Positions 1 to 10,206 of a stretch of 64,000 nt of DNA are shown here, piece after piece. The stretch is taken from contig JAYWIR010000004.1 in NCBI GenBank assembly GCA_036172245.1, forward strand, positions 186,001 through 250,000. The letters are read 5' to 3'. This DNA comes from Raillietiella orientalis. Its lineage: Eukaryota. The notes under the pieces are model-generated. The model was not told the origin of the DNA, did not search any database, and saw only the letters and a program-made list of their open reading frames with translations. The translations under genes were made by a program, and so were the position numbers. Numbering within the stretch: the first letter of the stretch is position 1; every line of letters starts with the position of its first letter.

Positions 1-2799
1 AGGGGCCATCGCTTCTCGGATCTTCCCTGTCGACAGGAAGGGGAGGGGAGAGACCCGGTGGACTCCTGCTGCCGCGGCTGGGGAGTGAAAGGAAGGATAG
101 ATGGACAGGGAAAGCGCTTTCGTCTCCCGATCGGAGGGCTTGTCGATCCCCATCCGGCTGAAATGTTCTGAAAGCCCAATGAGGGAGCACAGCGGAGCGG
201 ACGGAGCGCCCGAACCAGAGCTGCCGTCTCTCTCAAGGCCGCCGTCCGTGGGAGAGACGGCAGCTCTGGTTCGTCTCCACCTACTCAGCGGAGGTGGAAA
301 TGGCGCCGTGCTCTTTGACCCCGTTTCTCGACGGTCGCCACCGGCCTTGTGCCAGTCTTCCGGCTTGGTCCGTTCGGCGAATCACCCTCTCGAGGAGGGA
401 GCTCGCGGGATGGGAGAATGCCGACATGTCCAATGTCGGGCCGCCGTGAGCGCACGCCGAAGGACAGCCGCCGGGCGGTCGTCACCCCTCTAGAGGAGCC
501 CCTCGACGAAGACGCAGCTTCTGTGGTCACTCGATCTTCACCTGCCCTCCAGAAGCGGCTTCACCCGCCCGCGGGGGCGTCGCCGAGCTGCCTTCCCCTC
601 TTGACGCCGCGGGGTTCCTCCTCTGCTTCTCCGCTCCGCCGGACGGGCTCTGGGAGCGGCAGGGGCCATCTGCGGCCGCTCCTCCCGCTAGCGGAGTCCA
701 GGAGGAACCCCGCTCTCTCCCACAGCCTCTTGGATGCGGTCGGATTTCAGGAGCGTTCGGGACCCCCCCCCCCCATAGGTCCTCTCGCCCGCCCTTGATC
801 GCGCTCCCTATCGTAGGCGGGTCATCTGGCAGGAACGTCCTCTTTCGCAGACGCGGAGTCTTGCTGGAGGCGCGGCAGGGACGAGGAGGGGCTCAGAGCG
901 TTCGTCTTGGGCTGCCCGCTGACGCGTGGTTGACGTCCTTGGAGGTGGAGGAAGGGGCGGCGGATGGGAGTGGCTGCAGCGACGCGTTCTCCTTCCGAGG
1001 GCGGTTGCTGACTTCTCCCTCACGCGGGTTGGCTGGGAGCAGCGCGGCTCGGATGCTGAGGTCGCCGCCCTGGTAACCAGCTCGCCGCCGCTCCGGAGGG
1101 GGGCTGGGGGTAAGTCGCGAAGGAGAGGCCAACCAACTCGCAAGGGCGGGGCACATCGCCTTGAGGGAGAGTCGGCAGTGCGTAGAACGCCGGCACCGCC
1201 TCGGGCGGGAACCGGAAACTCGAGGACGTTGGGTTTCCCTCCTTCTTACCAGAGGGGAATGCGCGCGCGCGCGTCCTCTGCTGGGCCCGTGGGCGGGGAT
1301 GGCGGCGGCGAGCGTCGATGGCCGTCGTCCGCCGAGGTTCCCTGTTCCATCCCCTCTGGAGATACGGAATGAGTCCCGCGCGGCCTTCGAGGCTCCGGCT
1401 TGCACGAGCGCATAGTTGCCGCGGGGAAAACCCAGCGTCCAGACTCCAGAACGTTCTCTTGGCTGGGATCCGGCCGTCGATGCTGGTTCACTGAAACGGG
1501 TTTGGCGGGCGGTCCCGTCCGGGTCGTCAGGGGCGGAGCTCCTCGAAAGCGAAAGTTTGGCTCCCGGGATGACGCTTCCTCCCCTCTCGCCGGGAGAGCG
1601 TTCCTTCGGTCCTCGGTTGGGTGCTGCTGCGGCCGCTTGTCTCTCTTTGCCTTTCCCGTGATCGCTTTCGCCGCTCCCTACGATTCGGTCGTCTACGTGA
1701 CGATGGCGCGAATTCGCTGCTCCTGTGGGCGCGCGCCTTGGAGCCACCCGTCCGGTGACGACGCAGCTGCGGGAAGCGTTCTGTCCACGAATGCGCCACT
1801 GGCCCACGCGGTGTCACCAGGAGGGGAGTGGGCAGGTGCGAATCGAAGCCCATCGTTTCCTCGCCCCTTGCTCCATCTCCATCTAACGACAGGGCGCAGA
1901 ACGAGGGCGCAGCGTCTCTTTCCCCAACAAGGAGTCGCAGGGCCGCAGCCACACTCCTCTTCCCGATCGCTCCCGGGAGGTGCCAGTGCTAGAGTGCCTT
2001 CACTCGCTCCCGTTTTCCGCGCCTACCTCAGGCTTCCTTCCCCTCCCCTCCGACCTTCCAATCGCGGCCTCGCCTGTTTTGGCTTTCACTTTCTCTTCCC
2101 CTTCGATCGCTCTTCTCTTGGGGTGGAGGGACGGAGGCGATCGGAGCTTCGAGGCCACTTCCCCTTTTCCTCCTCCTGGTCTGGGGCCTCGTCGGGAACT
2201 TTCCGACTGGAGGGAAGGGAAGGGGTGGAAGAGGCGTTCCCAAGGTCCCTGTCTCCCTCCCTCCGCACGGAGAGGGAGAAGCGGGGACGAACAAGAGCGA
2301 AGGGGGAGGAGTAGTAGAGAAATTCCCCACCCTTCTTCTTTTTCCTGGTCTGTCCAGGGGATGGGTGGAGCGGAGTGGTGCCCTCTTCCTACTCCGCGCT
2401 TTCCGAGAAAGTTCGTGGTTCTCTCTACGGAAAATCCCCATTTTCGGCAGAACTTTCCCTGCTTTTCTCCTTCCCCGTGCTCCGGAGGCTCCTCCGATCT
2501 CCTACTTCTACCCCCTTCCCCTTCTCCTTCCTGACGAGCTCCTCTTCCGCCCGGACTCCCTCTGAGGACTGGGGAGGGAGGCGAGTCCAGCACATCGGCC
2601 GCAGCGTGGGTGGAACGCTCTTGGGTTGCGCTTGCGTCTCCATCCTGCCGACTGCCTCTCTTCGCTCGCGAGCTTCCAGCAGAGATGCGTGGTGGGAGGG
2701 GGAGAAGTCGGGAAGAGGGGGGGGGGCCACCTAGGTATATCTCACCCTTCTGAGACTGCAGCAGTCCGAGGTTGCGGTCCGCCTCCGTCTCCATCTCAG

Positions 2800-3260
2800 T
2801 GGACCACGCCAACCCGTCCGCTCCCCCGAAGACGCACCGGCCGGCGTCTGCTTTCTCATGCGCCGCACAGATGGTAGTGGCTGGCGGGAAGCCGGCGTTT
2901 CCTTGGGAATACGCGAGCTGCGTCCACGAAGCAGCCGACGTCGGTCGATGGTAGACGACCGGCGCGACCCCACTCGCCATCCTCGACCATCTGCGCCACT
3001 GAATATCCGCCGCTCCCCCCTCGGGCAACGACGAGTGTCTGCCGTCGAACATTCGGGAGATGCGCGCGCTCAACCCTTGCGAGTCCTCCGGACTTCCGGC
3101 CGGTGCGGGAACCGGAAGGCGAGATTGCTCAGGGGTGGCTCCTCCGCCGGCACCAGGGAGCCTTCTCCATTCTTCAGCGGCCGGTCCAGAGGCGGCGGCT
3201 GAACGGTGGGATCCCCCACGAGGACCCTAGCGTTCCGCGGAGGATTCGCAAGCTGGCATC
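2800..3260 (-). mobile_element. Possible relic of a non-LTR retrotransposon AP endonuclease
   Basis: Decayed motifs in the expected order: RVLVGDPT (~IxxGDFN), SARISRMF (~SRIDRIF), PVVYHRP (~SDHxP). Confidence 0.3.
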
Positions 3261-3917
3261 GTTCTCTCCTTTCCTTGCGACTGCTCCCGGTGCTGCTTCC
3301 CGAGGAGGGAGAGGGTGGGTGGGGGGAGGATCCACGGATTGTCTGCCGCAGATCGGCGATTGAGAGTTCTCGCGCTCCCCACCTCCGCTCCCGGGCTTTC
3401 CCTTCGCTCGTCCGCTGCGCTGCCCAGAGATGGCCGTGTGGAGCTCCCAGACCTCTCTGTCGATCGATCCAGGTCCCCAGCTCTCTCTCTCTCTCTCCCA
3501 CGGAGGACGCGCCTCTGAAAGACCGATGGCACCGAACTGGGCTCGGTGCGGCGGCTTCACCAGCCTCCGCACACCCGAGGTCGCGGCATCCTCTGGCCTT
3601 TTTCCTGAGGCACGCGCGAAGCTCCGAAGACGGTAAAATTTGCATCTTTGGGCTCGGTGCAGTTTCGAAAGCCCGTTGCCTAGACCCACATACTCCGGTA
3701 GGCGCCCTTTTTTTTCCCCCCGTTTCTCCCCCCTCCCGACTCGCTCCGTGTTTCCAGGTCCTGCGCCCTTGGAGCACTCGATTCTTATTTCCCAAATTCC
3801 CAGACGTCTGGGGAGCATTCCTGAGCTCCATCGGCGGGGGAACCGCAGATTCTGCATTTTCTCCGTGAAAGTCAGATCGCTGCTGCCCATCTCGCGGTCC
3901 ACCACCCCCGCGCGCGC

Positions 3918-3948
<31 letters not shown>

Positions 3949-5023
3949 CGAATCTCCTTCCGCCCTTTTCCGAAATTGGGAAACTTCCGTCGGACCGGCG
4001 GTTCCTCTTTTGTGTTTTGCAACTCCGCTTTCCCCGTTGAGAGGTTCCCGGTCAGAATGAGACTTCGCCATGCGGTTCGCGGCGCCTTCGGGGGCCTTCA
4101 GCGAATCCTTTCCCGCGCGCAGACGAGGGGTTTACCGGAATGGCCGCCTCTCTCGGCATCGCGCGCAGAGGGCAGGACCATTGCGCATGCAAAGTAGGGC
4201 AGCGTGACGCCGAGCTCCTTCGTTTCCCCATCCTTTCCCTCATTTCCCGGGAGGGTGTAGTGCCGCGAACGGGAGAACTTGAGCGCGCAGTCCACACGCC
4301 CGGAGGCTGCAGATTTCCCGTCACCGGCCGGTGCCTCTCCCCGGTAGCTCCGGCATCCGGGGAGACGACTCCTACACCGCGGGATGGCGCCCTCAGACGG
4401 GATGCCTTCACGCGCATAGCGAACAGGCAAGATTACAGCATAATGCGATAGAATGCAAAAAGCATATTTGAAGTCTCTGCTTATGTCATCGGTAATGTAA
4501 ACCCAATGTACCGTGACGTTTGAATGCTGCATGGTGCGATCTCATTGTGCCCACGCGACACGCGAGTCGGTCCCACTATGGCTGCGTCCGAGACGCGATG
4601 TGCTGGACGCGGCTGCGTTATGGCCGCCTTTCTAGATGGCGCGAACTCCCCTTTCGAATTCCAATAGTGGACGAACGGGAGAAGATGCCTCCCTACAGCT
4701 GGCTGCCAGCATGGTGGCTAGCAGGAGCAACTGCTCGTCAGTGTTATGCCGCGCCATCTCCCGAGAGATCGCGACGTTTTCTGTAGGGCAGTGGTGGTGG
4801 AATGCGTCGTCGTGGCTGGAGCAAGACGCAAGGGTTCCCTATCAAAGGAACTTACCAACTCCACTCCCTAAAAAGCTCTTGAAATATACCAAGCAAACCT
4901 CGTTGTTTAGTAAGTTAATTACTAATTCTTCAGACGGTTTGAAAGTGTTAATTTGAAACGATACCTATCGTTTGGAACAAGAGATAATTTGATACTAGTA
5001 AGCAAAAAGTTTATTGTCGCAGG

Positions 5024-5103
5024 ATGGAAATAAGGCCAAAAAATAACTTCTATGATTATGAGGCAAAATATACAGATGGGCTTGCAGAGCGTATATTTCC
5101 TGA
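5024..5103 (+). pseudogene. ddl: Fragment of bacterial D-alanine--D-alanine ligase, Wolbachia/Rickettsiales-like (putative endosymbiont-to-nucleus insertion)
   Basis: Translates [26 protein letters not shown], containing the Ddl FYDYEAKY omega-loop signature. It closely resembles the Wolbachia Ddl segment as I recall it ([25 protein letters not shown]) and lies in an AT-rich island within GC-rich flanks. Confidence 0.8.
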
Positions 5104-5199
5104 CAATCCAGTTCGGGAACTTTCGGAGCCCTCAGAACCGATCCGACTAGGAAGCATTGTGATCCTTGATGAGAGTTGTTGAGATCGTGCTCCTGGATT

Positions 5200-5950
5200 T
5201 GTTTTCTTTTCTTTTGAGGTGGTTTCTTTGCCTCTAAGTCTGGGCAAACCTGCTTCTGAGCTTCTGCAGCTGCGAGGAATCACCCGGGGCGAATCTTTTC
5301 TTGCTCAGCTGCAGGTCATTTTTTTTTCTTTCTTTTGGAACGGGGGAGGCCGTGAGTGTTCAGCAACACTGTCGCGCTGCTTCGAAACGACCACAGAACC
5401 TCCGAAACGTGGTTCCCGTCCGGTCTCAGTAGGGTTGCTCGGCAACGAGTGCCCTTGAACAAGGATGGCGAAGACTTCGACCCGGTGCGTAAGGTCCGGC
5501 AGTCGAGAGGGTCTCTCGCTGCAGAGGTTCTGCGGTGCTCACGTCAGCTGCAGGGGTGCGGGGGAGGGTGAACTAGTCAGCTTTGCGGTCACCTGGACGA
5601 CGGGGCCGTCGCTCCCCGGTGGGGAGGACAGTCCAGCGGGTTCCCGGGAGGAATCTCGACCGGCGCGTCCCTACCGGCGGAACTCTTCTGAGGTGCACGC
5701 AAGAGTTCCGCTGCCAGAGGACGACCGTGCAAGGTGATGGAAGGAGCTCCAAGATCTTGGCGGCGGTGATGATGGTGGAGGAAGAGAAGGAGGGCAACGG
5801 GAGACAGAGGACGCGAAGAAAAGCTCCTGGAAGGGTGTCCTTGACCATCGTGCGGCTCGAGAAGTCCTCGCTCCTCTTCTCCAAACACATGTCCTTGAGG
5901 AAGGGAGGGAAGAGAGCTTGGGAGGGTGGCTGGTGGTTCCTGGTGGTTGC
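5200..5950 (+). mobile_element. Decayed piggyBac (PGBD-like) transposase
   Basis: Collinear motif remnants across frames: LLQLRGI, FFWN..SATLSRCFE (~YW..MSRxRFE), DFDPVRKVRQ (~DxLYKVRP), ELVSF (~DExMVxF), PYRRNSSEVHA (~Y..NFEVYxG), EGNGRQRT..VSLTIVRLEK (~GxGRNVTxDNFFTSxxL). Confidence 0.5.
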
Positions 5951-7059
5951 CGGACCTGTAGAAGACGTCAGGCGGAGTGAAGTGGGAGGGAGAAAGAGGT
6001 ACGGACCGCCTATTTAGGAGGGCGTCCTTTTTTTTCCTTCCGGAGGGTCCGCTGAGCACCCGGTTCGCCTCCACTCCCTAGCGAGATACCAGAGGTCCGA
6101 TGCAGGGATGCTGAGCCGCTCTCCTCGAGAATTTTCCCGAAGGACAGGCGGAGAGCATCGCCTAGAGCGCGCGCGTCATTCTCCGCCTGTCCTTCGGGAG
6201 CGCGCGTCCTCCTCTCCCTTTCCTCCACGCCACGTTTGCGTCGGCGCTTCCTAGGCGGCAGTTTCCGTTGCCGCGGCGTTCGTCCGGCGGGCGGGAGCTG
6301 CCTCGCAACGGAAGCTGGCGCGTTTCTTCTTCTTCCGGAGACGCAGAAGCGGGGCAGGCGATTCCGCCGCTTCAGCCCGTGAAACGTCTCCGGGACTCCC
6401 CCTCCGGGTTCGGGTCCCACCGCGTGCCACCGCCGGACAGGAACCCTGAGGCTCCAAATCTCGAGCCTCCAGCACAGGCCGCTCCCCTTCCCTTCTCCCA
6501 CACTCCTCTCTGGACTCTTGGGCAGCATCTCACCGCCGTTGCGCGATCGCGAACGGTCGTTTCGGGTCGGCGCGCGCGCGCCTGCGGCCGTTTCGTCCCG
6601 TTGCCAGGCTCGCGGTTCGTCTGCGGACGCCTTCGGACGCGGAGGTCGCTCTGCGTCCCGGAGCGAGCGACTCTCCTCTTTTTGCCGGTGATTTATGGGT
6701 TTGCTGATTGCGCCGGCGGAGGCTTTCTGTTTCTAAAAATAAACTCATCGGGATGCTCTCTCTCCCTCACTCTCTCTCGTGTTGTCCGGCGACCGCCCGG
6801 TGGCCGGAGTCCCGGGTGAGCCGAGAGTGAAAGTGGGGCCCGGTTCTCCTCTTTCCACCCCGCTGAGCGCTGCCTCCCTTCGCTGCCGCCCGTCCTCGTG
6901 GCTGTCTTCTGAGAGGTAGCCCTTCCTCCCCACCCGTTGCTCGGATACACGAGCTCAGCTTTTTTCTACTTTTCCCCAGCCCAGTACTGACTCGCCCGGC
7001 TCATCCACTCCAGACTTGGATGGCAGGGCCTCCTTGGTGCCCAGCTACCACCCACGTCT

Positions 7060-7420
7060 ACTTGCCTAACCGCTTCCTAGCTGCCTGACTCATACTTAAC
7101 CTGACCTGACCTGCTATGCGTAATCACAACCTGCTCCTACCCCCACACACTCCTTACCTACCTAACCTAATTCTAACCTAACGTGACCTTCTGCATGTTT
7201 CCAGCCCATTCTCCCCTCCCCCCTACTTACCTAACCTATTCACTAATGTATCCGGCCTGACCTGACCTGAGCTACTGTGAGTGTCCATCTACCTACCCAC
7301 CTAACCGCCTGCCCCTTCTACCCAGAAAACCTACTGCTACCTTGACCTACCCCTGACCTACTTTATCTACTTCCCTAAGTCTACGCGCCTTAACCTACCT
7401 GCGAATGACTACCTGCTTTA
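7060..7420. repeat. Degenerate CCTAA/CCTGA/CCTAC pentamer array ((TTAGG)n-like)
   Basis: Repeated ACCTAACCTAA, ACCTGACCTGACC and ACCTACC units; G-poor on the + strand; no ORFs in the track. Confidence 0.6.
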
Positions 7421-10206
7421 CCCATGACCCCAGCGCCAAGAAGCCTCTGGTGGAGGCCTCGTTTGCTGCGTGCGCGGATCCGCTGCTCTCCTTCCTCCTC
7501 AGGACGTCCCAGCGAAGGCGGGCGGCGTTGCCACCGGCAACCCTCGAAGGTGCTTCTCCATGTGCTCTCTCCCAGCTGCTTCGCTAGGTCTCTTCAGAGG
7601 ACGTCCGCCGACCGTGCAGTCATGCAGTCCCGTCCCTTCCCGTCCTCCCCCATGCCCTACCCTTCCTTCCCCTCCCCCCAATCGCGCGTCCACGCCTCGA
7701 CCTTCCATCTCCTCGGGGATCAGGAATGTGGGGTGGGTGGTCTGCATGGTCCCCAGGTCCAGCTGGAGTCTTCCGGTCCCTCGATCATTCCCTCCCCCAC
7801 CCCTTATCCCCCCTCGCGGAGCACTACCGTGCAGCCTCGTTCGGGAGATTGCGCTTCGGATCCGCATGCTCCCGGGACCCCTCGCTGGTGGGGTGCTGCG
7901 CTCAGGGGTCGCCGATCGGCTTTCCCCCTTCCGGCCCAGGAAAGACCGCTAGCCTCTGCTCTCACGCGTGCGTCCCGGCGAGGGCCGCGCTCGAGAAGGG
8001 TCAGAAGGTCGGGTGCGTTCCACTTGGCATCCCCGTCGCATCAGCTCGTCCCATAGGGGATACCGCCAGCGGGGAAGGGGGGTGAACATGGAGCAGGCTC
8101 TCAGTTCCACCCTAGTTGGGTTTGTCTACCGATGCGATGGTGAGCTATCTGAGGAGCAGGGCCGATGCCCTGCTCCTCAGATGTCGGGACAGGAAATCCT
8201 CGAGGCTCGAGTGTCCTAGGTCCGCCCCTGAAGTCATCAAGGGAGGAGAAGGAGAAAGGCGTTCTCTTCTTCCTTCTCCTCGCTGCTTCACAGACCAGGG
8301 AGATGGGGTCCAAACGACGGAACTGGGGCGAGTCTTCCTCTTGGGAGTGCGGCCGGTCGGCATGGCGATGACCGGAAGAGAAGGAGGCGAGGACGGGCAC
8401 TCTGCTCCCTTGGGCCGAAGGGCGCTCCCGACGTCTGTGGCCTATTCTCGGAGGAGGTGCTGACTGCTTCGTTGATGTATGCTGCATCTTCAAGGAGAAG
8501 AGTCAGGATCTCCCGGGACGCCCCTGCGACCACCATCAGGTCGGATTTCTCCGTCTCCCTCTTTCCCCATCCGGTTCGATGGGACCGTTGCCATGCCTCT
8601 CCGGAGGCGGAGGCTGCGGTCTCGCCGTAGCCTGGCAACGGACGCTGCGATGGGGCGAAACCGTGGAGTGAGGTGTCGGACTGTGGTGACCGGGCACTGT
8701 GGTGGAGGCGCTTCGTCGCCTCTGTTGGCAGTTCCGTCGCTCTCTCCCCTCTTTCCGGAACCCCTGCTCCTCGATCGTCTTCCCCGTCTCTCAATCGTCC
8801 CCGCGTTCCTCTTTTGTTCCTCCTCCTCCTCCTCCCCCCCTTCCTTGGTATCTCTCGCCGCAACGAACCAACGGACTCTCTGGAGGCGGCGGAGGCGATG
8901 ATGACGACGACGGCGGCGGCGACGGCAACAACAACAACAACAAAAGGCGCTCCTGCGTTCGCGCCCGCCCGCGCGCGTCGCCGTCCCCCCTTCGCGTCCA
9001 GGGAACCTTCGGCACTTCTGGCTCGGCAGAACAAGGGCACTTTCTCCATCTGCCAGGCGGTTCAACGGCCTGCCGGACCGTTACGCGCCGAGGCGCGCGC
9101 GCGCGCGCGTCTTTTCCGCGGCGAAATTTCACCTTCGCTCTCTCTCTCCCTCTCTCTCTCTCACCCCCCCTCTTCTTTTTTTGGCGGGAAGAAAGGCAGA
9201 GGAGGAGGGGGAGGGGGAGGGTGCAGCGCCGCCGCCGCCGCCGCACAAGCGAGCGAGCGAGAGCGGCCGTTTGCCCGGACTCTGCCTATCCCTCCGGGGC
9301 GCCTGCGACGCCATCTTGGGATCCCTTTCCCTGCGGATGGGTCGTCCCCCCTTGTAAACGCGGCCGCCGGACGGACGCGCCTCGCTTCTCCGCCTACTCC
9401 TGGCGGCCGTTTCCTCTGCGGCCCCTGACCCCCTCTTCCCCTTCCTTCCTTCCGACTCCTCCGCCCTGGCCTCGGGGCAATTGCGGGGAAGAGGGGAGGG
9501 GGAGGGGGGAGGAGGAGTTGGAGGGAAGGGGAAGGTTGGCCACCCTCTCCTCCTTGCTCCGGTGCGGGTTCGGGCTTTTTCTCCGGAAGCGGCGCCGGCA
9601 GCCGCTTCTTTCCCGGGTCAGCGCACGGGAAGGAAGGGGCGGGCAGGCGGGCGAGAGGGATGGGGAGAGGGGGAGAAGCTCGCGCTTTCATCGTTCTTCC
9701 CGGATGCTCGCTTCCCAGGTGCGCGTCCCGCGCGATCACCCGGAACAGATCGCTCGTGAAGAAAAAAAGGGGGAGGGGGAGGGAAAGCGCAGGCGATGCG
9801 ACAACGAGGACCGAGGTCGCATGCGGCCTCTCGCGCGCTCAAGGGCCACGGGAGGATCCTGACTTCTCGCCCCCCGTTTCTTCCCTCTCTCCCCTAGCCC
9901 CCTCCCTTCGATTCCCTGGAAGTTTCTTCTGCCTCCTCCGCAGTCGGCCTGCCTGACGCTGCCGCACCACGGCAACGGACGAAGGAACCGGGAGGGAACG
10001 GGGACGGGGGAGGAGGAAGCGGGGAGCCAAGAAGGAGAACGTGTTCTTGTGAGGAGACCGGGACGACTGAAAGTGAGCCGGTGCTTTCCAGATCCGTCCA
10101 TAGAGGGTGCGGGCGCTCTCTCGGTCCACCGGCGCGGGCAGGAAGCGAAGCCGCGGACGAGTGAGCAGGAGGAAGAGGTGGAGGAGGAGGAGAGAGGAGG
10201 GAAAAG

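Noticed and set aside
4842..4965. Minus-strand peptide ..VYFKSFLGSGVGKFL resembling GNAT motif A
   Set aside because: Too short, bounded by stops, no further support.
101..10100. Many long overlapping ORFs (up to 387 aa) rich in R/G/P/S/A
   Set aside because: Expected from high GC and low-complexity tracts; no domain motifs or coherent exon chains.
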